Assembly: GCA_002104905.1 (NCBI GenBank)
Contig: MCFE01000675.1
Location: forward strand, 1-47,168
Direction of reading: 5' to 3'
From: Basidiobolus meristosporus CBS 931.73
Taxonomy: Eukaryota > Fungi > Basidiobolomycota
DNA length: 47,168 nt
The notes below the pieces were generated by a model. That model made no database searches. It saw nothing but the letters and a program-made list of their open reading frames with translations, and was not told where the DNA came from. Each line of letters opens with the position of its first letter. Position 1 is the stretch's first letter. Both the position numbers and the translations under genes were made by a program. Shown here piece by piece: positions 12,611 to 23,918 of this stretch.

Positions 12611-14071
12611 GTTGAGGTGGAGTGTGTACTGCAACGAACCCTTTCAGAACTCACGAAGTTTATAATACCCAAAGGTGTTTTTTTCATTTCATTCGAGATA
12701 TGGATCGGTAATTCTGAGATGATTATACTATCCGATGGCCCAATCGAACATTGATTACTGATAGATAGCATTCAATTTGGTTGTGATTACCTTTAGTCAC
12801 AAATAAAGCTAGCGATGTCCAATTTCAGCCTTGAATTACACCCTGTGTTAGAAGCATTTGGAACAGTCGGGAAGGATAAGGGTAATAAAATATCATTCAA
12901 AAGGATATTTCAGTGTGCTGCATGACCAATGGGATGAAGTTGAAAAGATGGCAATCAAGTGTCGATGGGTTGGTGTAAAATCCTGTTTATATTGTGAGAA
13001 ATATATGCTTAAAAATAAGCATTTGTAGTTGTTCAAAGTTTGGTGGTCAATTTTCTAATATGCAAGTAGATTTTCACATTCACCCATTACCTCATCTTGT
13101 TGTCTAGGAGCACTCCTAGATGTACCAAAGATCTCGACAGGGCGTTTATACGGGGGCCCTCAGAAAGTTCACTTTCGAACAAGCCTCGTGATTCAAGGAA
13201 TGAATAGAGGTCCAGCACATCCGCTCCCATGCTATACGCTACAAGCTGAGGAGTGATGCTGAACGAATGGATGGGCGTCGTCAACCGTGCTTATTGGCGC
13301 CAATCTCCAAACGATCACTACACAACAAAGTGTTAATAGTATCCGATTGGCAATAATAAAAATACGACACGGCCCACCAATGCACCATTCCACAGAGACC
13401 AATCCATTCCATTCATGGTTCGTCTAGCTATTCTTTTCTATGGGTTAACCTGGTAGCGGCTGGTACATGTGTAAGACTCGAGATTATAACTACTTACATC
13501 ATCAGCGTGCTACGTAGATTTCCTTTGCTGTATGGATCCCACACGCAAATAGGTGCTACTTCCAACTCAAACGACTCGAATATGGCAACGGGGGTCGTGT
13601 GAGCAATTCCACCCTTCCCAGATCAGTCGAAGGGTAAAACCCGTGGACTCAGCAGGCTCATGTAATCTAGCAGATCAACTGATGCTTCTATACGTCGGTG
13701 CTATTTATGTCCGCACTTATTACGTAGATGGCCCAAAGCCGAAATTTAGAGTCATTGCCTTTTTCGTCTGGTTGATTGATGTCTACCACACTCGCCACTG
13801 TTGCCCATCGGAGCCTTGCCTACTGATGATGCGAACATTCATATAATTTGCTGAGGCCGATTACTCAAAAACAAGGGCGCTGTATCGGATCAGTTAGACC
13901 GTCTTCGAGGAAATTGCTGGACTTGAACATTGCGATAGCCAATTGCAGGAATCAACAACAGCTGGGAGACGGCTGAGTCAAGCAGGTATTCTAGCTATTT
14001 AAAAGGCATCCGAGATCCGCGGCAATATCTCATATAGTACGTGACTTGTCATACACACACTTCCCAGCAGA

Positions 14072-14374
14072 ATGCTCACTAAAGCTACCAACATTCTATC
14101 GATGGGGTTTTTTGTTCCCCTGGTATATTCCCAAGCATCTAGTAGCACCGACACCGTGTCCCATAGCGGGATCAGTACTGCTACGGATACTAGCTCAAGC
14201 CTTTCCACGCCAGCTCCAATTGCACCTGGGGCACCCAGTGGATTTCCCTCCCACGTCAGTCATAGTCCCTTGGCAACCCACACAGTTGGCAAGAGTAGTA
14301 GCATGGTTATTATTGCAAATGCTTCCCTGGTTTTCGCCATGGTAGGTGCCCTTTTACTTCGATTCATCCTCTGA
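14072..14374 (+). CDS. Putative small secreted or GPI-anchored Ser/Thr-rich protein (100 aa)
   Basis: Hydrophobic N-terminus, S/T/P-rich middle, and a C-terminal GKSSS + hydrophobic tail resembling a GPI signal. No homolog recognised. Confidence 0.5.
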   Translation: MLTKATNILSMGFFVPLVYSQASSSTDTVSHSGISTATDTSSSLSTPAPIAPGAPSGFPSHVSHSPLATHTVGKSSSMVIIANASLVFAMVGALLLRFIL

Positions 14375-14530
14375 ATTTGGGTCGTTGTTGGTATAGAATC
14401 CGTGCGTTGTTGTGTCTGTGAAGTCGTCCCCAAGGGTAGGAATGTCTCATTGGGCGATATATCTCGAATCACACTGGACATTTCTCGGCACCCAATCATT
14501 ATTTTATCGATCCCCTGTGTTTGTTAGCAA

Positions 14531-14914
14531 CTAGGTCCATGAATGGTCAGATAGCTCATCAAGTCTCAGATGATTTGCAATAAACCAAGCCATTAAATCA
14601 TAGTACAATATGACTCGTACAAGGAAAACATTTGCGGCTAAAATCATCTGCCGTTGGGTTGATGGGAAATCTGTAATCCCTGTTGCTGAGACAGGGTTTG
14701 GCCTCAGCATATCAGTTGCTGTAATGGCATGGTTGTTTTGGAGATGACTGGAGGTTATCAGCATGCCTAGAATTAGGTGCGCCATGAAAGCATGGCTTAT
14801 ATCTAACTTCAAGACTGCAGGCAGCCATCCTCCGAGATGGTTTAATGAGCATTGTACCAATGTAGCAGCTCCATCAATGACACATTGGCATTCTAAGCAG
14901 TCAAACAACCACAA
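14531..14914 (-). mobile_element. Possible highly degenerate non-LTR reverse-transcriptase relic
   Basis: Translation contains VLKLDISHAF, then SATG, then YYD in the order of RT motifs (KLDxxxAF, xGxxQG, YxDD). The region is CpG-poor. The match is weak and made by eye. Confidence 0.3.
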
Positions 14915-16490
14915 CTATGAGACAACTACAATTTGTTTGCCTTGTACTTTGGGTAAACTAAGTCTGGGATTAGATGGACTGATGGAATATGACCATAACA
15001 GGTTTGATATACATAACCCAAGCAAGCCTTAAGGAGGCTTTACTACCTGTATGATGGCCTGCCTGAGGCTGGTAACAGGACTATATAAACTGTGTATGTC
15101 TTCAGGATTCAGGTGACAGCCTCATATCTTGAAAAAGTTTTGTCTTAGAGAGGCTACTATGGTATTGATATAGCAGAGTTTTAAACCTGCGTTGAGATAC
15201 ATGTTCTTCACATGCTGGCGTGGTTGAACTTCACCTACAAGCCTAGATTCCTGAGACGGGTTCGGTCCCGGCAACACATATTTCATAAGGTTCGTGGCAA
15301 AGAGCTAACATCCATATTTCATCGGTTAAACTTGGAAATGCCGACAAGACCTGGGGCAAGCCACTGCAGAATTCATCTATTACACAATCCATCATGGCCT
15401 TGATTATTGCCATGACGAGTTCTTGATGGATGTTTCATAATCCAAGATTTGGTGGGCTGTCTCATGTTACCAAGCCAACTATAAAGCATATTGTGTACTT
15501 CCTCGATGGAGTTGCACCACCACCATAGATAACCACTACTTGCACGGTAGTAATTGTGCAACCCCATTTCAAACAGTACCTTGAGATGTGAAATAATGGC
15601 ATGTTCCTAGTTGAGTCCGGCTGCATTTGTTGGATTATTCCGGATCAGGGGGACCGAGGACAGGCACTATAAGCAGGAATCCCCACTAATTTGTGTCTTC
15701 AGGAGAATTGCAGTTGACAGAGTGATGGAAACCGCTATTTGGTACGTGTAGTAAGGGTGATGAAATTCAATCCCCACACACATCACATGTACAGATCAAA
15801 TCCCAGTTGCCGAATCCGCCGCTGATTGGTGGCTTGGATCACACCAAGAGGAGAGTCTGATCAGCCGACCATGATTAACATTGTCTATATCCGGGCGACA
15901 GAAGTCTGGGGTTACTCAAGCGTAATGAGAAATGCAAGGTAGAACAAAGCTTTATGCAGTTGGAAGCGAATGCTCCCAAGGATAATTGTTCCTCATGCGT
16001 AATCTTGGAATTCATTTCAGTGAACCCCGTCCAACGGCCGAATTGAAACATGGATTTGAACTTATTACGCATCCCTTACAAACATTGGCTCAACCATGAT
16101 GTGTGCATGGGTTGATGTATGGCCAACCCCACCGTGACCGCTCATTTGTTAACCAAAATAGGAAAAGACATCAAATGACTAGACTACATGAGCCCGGTAA
16201 ACCTAGCTAACCAGGAAATCCCCAATCTATCCAATGGCCATCCGCCTGGATGCTGATGCCTGCTTATCCCTTTAATGATCTGGCCATGGTGAATTGGACA
16301 GTTGTCTAGGGAGCCTCTAGGTGTGCGTGTAAAAATCACTTTATACGGATCTGACGATCAATGAATTGGATACAGTTGGTATTTGCCAATCAAGCGATTG
16401 GTGGAGTGGCTCAGATAGAATCGGAGTGACAAGAGGGACAAAGGGTGGGTACAGGGTATTTACAGAAGATTAAGAAGCTGGGAGATTCGG

Positions 16491-17888
16491 CTAATGCGAC
16501 GATACCTCTTGTTTCTCAGGGTCGTATTCGTTGTATTGCTCAGCGACCTCTTCATCGTGAGCAAGGGCAAGCTCCCATCCAGGCTGCCGAAACTCCCCTT
16601 GCCATTTGGCCACAACTACGCATGACAAACAGTTCCCAATGACATTTACCCCGGCACGCGCCATATTCATCAGCTGATCCACGCCAAGAATCACTGAGAT
16701 GGCTTGCTGTGGGAGGTTAAAGCTATTCAACGCAGCAGCGAGAACCACAATGGCTCCCCTGGGAACAGCCGCGACTCCTTTAGATGTCAGCATCAGTGTG
16801 AGCATCATCATCAATTGATCTCCAACGCTAAGTGAGCGCTCAGCAGCCTGGGCAACAAAGATACTAGCCACTGCTAAGTACAAAGTGGATCCATCAAGGT
16901 TAAACGAATAGCCGGTGGGGATCACAAACGCAACTATCTGTTTCGGCACACCGAATTTCTCCATATTTTCCATGGCAATGGGGAGGGCTGCTTCGGAGCT
17001 AGAGGTACTGAAGGTGATCAACGCTGGACGGGCAACGGCTCTGGCGAATTCGCGTACTGGTACCTTCAGAATCAAAAGGAGGGGAACAAAAACCAGGAGC
17101 ATGAAGGCGAGCAGTGCCACATACAGTGTGCCAACCAACTTTCCTAGATTTACCAAAACCCCTAATCCCGACTTGCTCACAGTTACAGCCATGGAAGCCA
17201 GCACACCGAACGGTGCGAAGTTCATCACCAGGCCAGTCACCTTGAACATGATATGGGACAAACCATCCAGAAACGCCAACACTGGCCCCGTGTACTTGTC
17301 ATTTTTCACCTTGATCATAGCAACGGAGAACATAATGCTACAAAAGACGATTTGCAGGATGACATTCTCTGCCGCTGCCTTAAAGAAACTCTCGGGGATG
17401 ATCCCGTAGAGCTCGGTCTCCCAGGTAATATCTTTCTTAGCCACTTGGGTGGTGTTGTCGGTGGAAAACGCGTTCAGATCCACCCCCGCTCCAGGCTTAA
17501 CGATGTTAATGGCGACCAACCCCACGGCAAGTGCAATGGTGGTCGCGATCTCGAAGTAAACAAACGCTCTGATGGCCATAAGGCCGATTTTCTTGAGGTC
17601 AGCCCCGTGGCCTGCAATGCCGACCGTCAGAGTAGAGAAGATGAGTGGAACCACCAGGCATTTCACCATGTAGATGAAGATGTTGGAGATCGGGTTCAGA
17701 TGGGACGAAAACTCGGGAGCAAGGTATCCGAGCAAAATACCCAAAACCAGGAAGAGGATGATCCAGAATGTGATATTTAGCCTTCGAACAAACCTCCATA
17801 CTTTACGTAGAGGGCCGACACGGGGGGCAGAGTTCTCTTCGGAAGGACGCGGTGGCATAGCAATGTCGACGAGATAGTAAGATCGCAA
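16491..17888 (-). CDS. Dicarboxylate/amino acid:cation symporter (DAACS/SDF, GltP/DctA-like), intronless; alternative start at 17858
   Basis: 465-aa ORF with VVPLIFSTLTVGIAG, YFEIATTIALAVG, NIVKPGAG, FSTSSSEAALP (HP1), GYSFNLDGST (TM7), LTSKGVAAVPRG (HP2) and GVDQLMNMARAGVNVIGN (TM8). Confidence 0.95.
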   Translation of the reverse strand: MRSYYLVDIAMPPRPSEENSAPRVGPLRKVWRFVRRLNITFWIILFLVLGILLGYLAPEFSSHLNPISNIFIYMVKCLVVPLIFSTLTVGIAGHGADLKKIGLMAIRAFVYFEIATTIALAVGLVAINIVKPGAGVDLNAFSTDNTTQVAKKDITWETELYGIIPESFFKAAAENVILQIVFCSIMFSVAMIKVKNDKYTGPVLAFLDGLSHIMFKVTGLVMNFAPFGVLASMAVTVSKSGLGVLVNLGKLVGTLYVALLAFMLLVFVPLLLILKVPVREFARAVARPALITFSTSSSEAALPIAMENMEKFGVPKQIVAFVIPTGYSFNLDGSTLYLAVASIFVAQAAERSLSVGDQLMMMLTLMLTSKGVAAVPRGAIVVLAAALNSFNLPQQAISVILGVDQLMNMARAGVNVIGNCLSCVVVAKWQGEFRQPGWELALAHDEEVAEQYNEYDPEKQEVSSH

Positions 17889-20800
17889 GTAGAAAAGGTA
17901 TGCTGGTCACCTTTGGATTGTAGAATGCCAACTTTGATTGAGGAGATGGGACCAAATGATTGCTTTAAGTATCCAGTGGATTGTGTAGCCTCAACCATAA
18001 TGATGAGTAACTCTCCGTGATCAAGCGTATGATAGACTGAAAACCAGGCCATAGCATGAAACCTTTTGGAGAACGACTCATGTGTGTGTATTTTCTGATT
18101 GGAAACTGTTGGAATAGCTATCCAATGGTTTCGCCAATTCCCCACGTAATTGGTTATCGAGACGGGTGCAGAGGATAGACTGAAATTAAATACTTGTTAC
18201 TGGAATAATTCGCAAAGCAAGTCATGGGAATTCCCTAGGTACTTTCGAAAACAATGCCATATATTCTGTCGCATCCATTTTTGTCGACGGACACGGCTTG
18301 GCACCACAAAAGGAAGTAGCTTGTTAGCACAGTTTCGAACACACTATGCGAGTGAATACTAGATGGCTGGTGTGCTCCCACTCCCCAGAATGATCTCTGT
18401 GGTTTCAAGACGTCTCAAATTAGTTTACATCCAAACCAGTCAGTACCAAGTGGAATTTAATCTAGACCAGATTTACTGAGTCCATATCAAGTGACAAAAA
18501 AGGGACAATCATCCTTAAATCAGTAATGTCGCATCAAGCCTGTGGAACTTCGAGCGCAGCTCCTGTTTACCCTCATATCCACTCCCTGGAGCTTCTCGAA
18601 ATCTAATTCTAATTAAACTAAAAAACGTGTGTGATCGACTGGATTCTTCGCCTGGGGTCAAAGGTTGCGAACGTGACATTACTTACATAACCGCCCTCAG
18701 TAACCAGGATGTTGGAATTTCTATCCCGAGCAACTTGATATACACTAATGAGCATACCTGGCATCGGATATGGCTAGAGCTGCGTTTTAAAATCCTACAG
18801 CCAGTGGGCTGTATGGAGTTGACACTTGCTGAGATTCACACACCTGCATGAACACTGCGTAGACTGGCGAGACATAGATCGTATTGGCACTGATCTAAAA
18901 GACGGTTCTATGTCAAACATCAGCCCTGAAGAGCACAAACTAATACCTTGTGGCATGATGATGAATTGCTAACGCTCCTCCATGTAGGATACTGTTTTAG
19001 TGTTCGAATCATGGCTTTGTCATAGTTACTAAAAAGAGGAATCAACACAGTAAACTTTGATACAGACATTCTGCACATTTCGTATCTGTGCTACTACAAG
19101 AGTATATATGGATGAGACCAACATCAAGATTCGGTCTTGAATACAACCACCCAACCTAATTTCCAAATAAGCGATGTGAAGATTTGGTTTTAGATCCTAT
19201 ACTGTGAGTACAGAATCAGGCCGGGTGCGAGTGAATATTGATGCTTGAAGGCCACCCAACACAGGGTGACTAAGGCGAATTGAGCGTACCTAGGGATACT
19301 TCTAGCATGATGGTACTGGATGGAGAAACGGTTTCTCACAAGGAACTAGATTAAAATGATCGTGCTGCTATGATAGGGATAAGTTGTTTATCTCAAATAT
19401 GGTTGAACCGTTAATATGAGTATTAAACCATGGATTATATCATCCCGGCTACGTATGGCTCAATACACCATAGCACGGAAGTAGACACAGAGGCCCACCC
19501 GAAACACGGTACTAATGAGCGAAACAAATAGCGTTGAGATTGGACGAATGGCGGTTGCTATTTGGAAGCGGGACCTTTGGTGAACAATATAAATGCGATC
19601 ATGGGTTCCCGTGGACGTAACTAACGATTCAAGATAGTGGGCTTGATTTCGCCACTCATCGCACCAAAAGGTTCAGCACCCACATTCTCCATGGTATCTT
19701 TAAGCCGTTTGTGGGTAAGAATAGCACATATCTATCTTTGAATTAGCAGTGATTTCCACCAATTCGACTAGTATCGATCCAACACGATCTACAGTTTTGT
19801 CATAATGATTCGCTTATTATTGTGCTCAGATTCTGTTATAAGATTACATACCTCATTTCAGCTCATTGAAATGCCATTCAGGATCTTGATTGGACTTTGA
19901 ACTTTCGAATATAAACCTGGTTCACGACATTTGTTACTTAGTTTATTATGCATGCCATATCTTACACGAGCCCAACATTAATATGCTATCCTTAGGATAG
20001 TACCTCATCTGCCTCTGGAGGCAACTCTACATAGTTGCACTGGAAACTCAAATTTTCTGGCTTACAAGACACACCATTCTATAAATAGCTACCAGTAGAC
20101 TTCAATATAGCATTACCCATACCGTGTCAGTATTTCTAGGGAATATTTCATATTAACCAGACACTGAGTAGAAATAGAAACAGTGGAGATTCCAGACTTG
20201 AGATGAGGGTTAGGGCTTTCTTAGAGCTTGATTTTATGGGATGTGTATGCCTTATTGCATTTCCAAGAGGCAACCTCGTAAAAATCAAGATTTATAGAGT
20301 ATTTATCAGTGTTTCCTACCATTTAATCGACAATCTCTACCAGGGTGTTATTGTATGTGGATTGGAGAAATGGTTGAAAGAGCCACAGGGGTAGTAGAAA
20401 CACCAGTGAAAAATGTAAGTTTTGAATCTATGGACAACTTAAAGCGTGTACACATACATTTCTGCACTTGAACACTGGGGTAGTATATCAAGTGACACAC
20501 TGTAAATCTCTGGCATCTTGGATACTGAGAAATGCATAAGCTGGAAGTTCTTGGAAACATAATACTGATGCATCCTACAGGATGTACCATCTCGTAACTG
20601 AATAGAACTTGGCTGAGTACAGACCTTAAGTATGCACTTGAATGCATGTAAGAATCACTTTCATGTGTGTGTAGACATTCATTGGTAGGATATAGAAGTT
20701 AATGAACTGGTGATGGTATGATATAGTGCTATTCAAGACAAACGATCCATCAAATAGATGCTACCATTATGCTATGCTTGGAGTCTTTGAAAGATCCCTC

Positions 20801-22637
20801 CTTTTAAAAATTCCGAATAAATCCAAGCTCCTCACTCATGAGGTTTCAATCAGTGTGTTAAATCAAGATAGCAATAACCGCATACTATGCTAATGAACAG
20901 CTGCCCACTAGCCAAAAACATGGATGTTTCTTGCTGGATGGCTGGAATCAGTGCTTGGTGAATATACTGTATGGAAGGCACCCCAAGTATGGTCATTGGA
21001 CTCCCATTCCAGCCAAGTTGTCCAGCAGTTGATAGTGGCAATACTAAGTTCTAATTCTGCATAACCTTACTGCCAGCAACTGCTTCCTGCAGGACAGAAG
21101 GTGTATCTTGATGAAACATTGTGATTGCTTGAAGAGTACTTTCAGCGCCTTCCTATGGCATCAGACGCCATGGTACCATATGCATGCGTGTAATTTCAAA
21201 TGAATTTATTAACAGGCCAACCCCAAGACACCATGCTGAGGGATCGATGACTCATTGCATGTATATCTGCCCTCGGTGTGACCATGCAATACAAGAATGG
21301 AGAATCCAGTATTGCCAAGTTTGTCGAATTCTCTACTGCGATGGCAATCTAGCGATCTTCAGAGCTACAGTATGGTGCTGCAGCAAACTTCATTGATGGC
21401 TTTGGAAGCCAGTAGGTGATCAGCGGCCGAACAACGGTCTGTAACCTCGTTTTCGCACACACCATGCGGAAGTCAACTGCTGTGCGGCATTTGCCAAGCC
21501 GTGAACACCACTAAGGAGCCAAGACTCTCGGATGCGTGGTGAGTGGGCAGCGCTTTCAAGTGGATCCTGAGGATGCGAAATCCGGGCCATGTAACCGCAC
21601 TCAAGATGCTGGAGCATTATCGATGCACGAAACCGGACCAATTAATTGAAGCATGTCCGAAATGAGTACCATCCTGTTCTTCGCGACCTTGCAATGCTCG
21701 CATTCCGATTCTTCACAGCATCTCTCCAACTCATCAGGATTCCAACATCCGCCGTGCTCAAGTATCTCAGGGTATGCTTGGGATTTCATCTCACCACATG
21801 GCAACAGAATACACAGTACCGACCATCTAGACCTACAGAGTAGCCACACCATACCCAAGGCCAGGATCGTTTTTATTACTGAGTTTAGCCATGTAGCGCA
21901 ACATGCACATATACAACCGAAAGCTTAAAACAAAGTTAAAAGAATATACGAACATACCCCTTATGGCAACCTTGTTCCCCGTGCCAGCTCTATCTCGGTG
22001 TAGACTATTTGGGTGCCATCAGCGACCTGAGATCAAGAGATTTTGGTCTTCGCTCGGGCGAACCATGTGGTACAACTCATCTGCTTGGAGAAATGGTGGG
22101 AATTTCGTTGCTGAGATGGATGTCAAGGGGTTGATGGTGAGGCTCATCCGATAGGGATAGGAGGGAACAATAAACCTGCGTGATACAGTTGGGGACACAG
22201 CCGCTCGCTCTTTGGTGAGATTCCAGTTTCGCCAAAGATTCCAGATAACATCCATTCCTTCAAACCGGTCCAATGTCAAGGTGCAAACCGGCTTGCGCGT
22301 TCTACACTGGAAAATTTGTTTGCTATCAACCCATTTTCCCAGGACATGGCAAACCGGTGCACCATATTGGGCAGGGGGGACATCGCATGATTCGGTGGAG
22401 TGCCTCGCTTATCAATGAGTTCGGTAACGTTTTATTTTGATCCGCTGCAGTATGCATACTACCGCACCTCAGTTGCTGGCATTAGATATTAAGAAGTCTG
22501 ACATATATACAATGTGGTTTCGGATCGTTATCATACTGCCTGTTTCTCCGTGAAGAGAAATGGAGATCAAAAGTGAAATGGTCGACTCATGCTATTAGGA
22601 TGTTTTAAAGCGTGTTGGATGGTGAAGTGGTATGCAA

Positions 22638-23918
22638 TTACATGTAACGAACAACATTTGGCTTGAAGCCTCCTTCTGGCGCTTGGTAAGGAGCCAGATT
22701 GGCTGAGCGGGTAGTGGTCGAACTAGTATCTGAAGAGTCCAAGATTAGCTCCAATGAGCTATTCTGCCCAGTTGATAGAGTTTGATGGTTGTGCGATAAG
22801 GGCGTCGAGTCATTCTCCAACCCTATGGAGTCCTGCCGCTCGTGGCCGTTGGTTATAGATGGCACACTCGGCCGCATATTATTGGTAGGTAGGCCCGTCT
22901 TCTTAGTGCTGTCGTCCTTGAAACCCTCCGGCTCTCGAAAGAGCGTGCTAACATGAAATGATGAACTAAGCTCGTATGCCTCAGATCCGGATTTCGTGTC
23001 CATATCATGGGGACTGGTGGATGGCTCAGTGGACGTACCAGATCTGAGCTCCTTGATCAGCCGCCGGAATGCAGGATCGAACAAGAACACCAGAAAGTTG
23101 AGGAAGCCAATGCTTGCGGGCCCAAAGGAGGACAAGAAGTACAAAGGAAAGACCAAGCGCCGACTGAAGAAGGTGACGACCTCGGTGATGAAGTTGAAGC
23201 TTTGTGTTAGGATGGGAATCACTGGGTACAGAATGATCCGAGCGACCACATTGTTGATGTTCCGATTCAGCTTCGCTGTACCGGGGGAAACGTTTTGTCG
23301 GAGACGCTTCTCGTTTCTGACCAGCTTTGTGGTGACCAGGGCGACGGCTATGGTGCAGTAGACAACCCCCAGGAAAATCCATCCGTAGAATGTAGTCATC
23401 TCCCATATCATCGCTGGGGTCGTGTACTGGTCACGATACCAGCAATTGCCCACCAAGGGATCAAATACGAACTGATCCGCAATTAGCGGAATGATGCTAA
23501 TCGCCAGGGACAGTATCAGCGACAACGGAAAGTAGAATCGCTGGATGGCGATCATGGAATTGAATTCGTTGACGAAGATAGCTTGCAGGTTGAATGCGAT
23601 CGTGCAGGTCAAGAATATGGAAAGCAAGGTGAACTCCACATACCCCCACAGAACAAATTTACAAGTGGCCAGATTCACCACCGAATGCTGGGATATGAGG
23701 TACACGATGCTATAGAAGATGTCAGCCAGCGCTTTCCAGAAGGTCAGCCAGATGGAAACACGGTTAGCGATGTGAGGCTTGTAGAGCCTCATCACCAGAA
23801 TAGTAATTACAATAAATGCCGCTCCCAATAGTGACATAATACTCACAACGAAGGATACCAACGATTTTATTCTTAATTGCTCGGCAGAGACGTCAGACAC
23901 TACATCGCTGGAAGGCAT
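22638..23918 (-). CDS. Seven-transmembrane GPCR-like protein (cAMP-receptor/Git3-like), intronless
   Basis: Seven hydrophobic segments; Cys at the top of TM3 (CKF) and ECL2 NCWY; TM6 RIILYPVIPILTQ; TM7 GFLNFLVFLFDP; long S/T-rich tail. ATG 23918 is preferred over the upstream ATG at 24089. Confidence 0.85.
   Translation of the reverse strand: MPSSDVVSDVSAEQLRIKSLVSFVVSIMSLLGAAFIVITILVMRLYKPHIANRVSIWLTFWKALADIFYSIVYLISQHSVVNLATCKFVLWGYVEFTLLSIFLTCTIAFNLQAIFVNEFNSMIAIQRFYFPLSLILSLAISIIPLIADQFVFDPLVGNCWYRDQYTTPAMIWEMTTFYGWIFLGVVYCTIAVALVTTKLVRNEKRLRQNVSPGTAKLNRNINNVVARIILYPVIPILTQSFNFITEVVTFFSRRLVFPLYFLSSFGPASIGFLNFLVFLFDPAFRRLIKELRSGTSTEPSTSPHDMDTKSGSEAYELSSSFHVSTLFREPEGFKDDSTKKTGLPTNNMRPSVPSITNGHERQDSIGLENDSTPLSHNHQTLSTGQNSSLELILDSSDTSSTTTRSANLAPYQAPEGGFKPNVVRYM

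Noticed and set aside
13087-13846. Short ORFs between CIA1 and the GPI-like gene
   Set aside because: Too short and no convincing homology; the membrane-protein-like stretch is broken by stops.
16915-17780. Two long plus-strand ORFs (164 and 175 aa)
   Set aside because: Antisense shadows of the symporter CDS. The same applies to plus-strand ORFs over the GPCR, HPP and bHLH genes.
21601-21858. IDNAPAS resembling the Tc1/pogo DNAPxH motif
   Set aside because: An isolated heptapeptide without the His, other DDE motifs or terminal inverted repeats.
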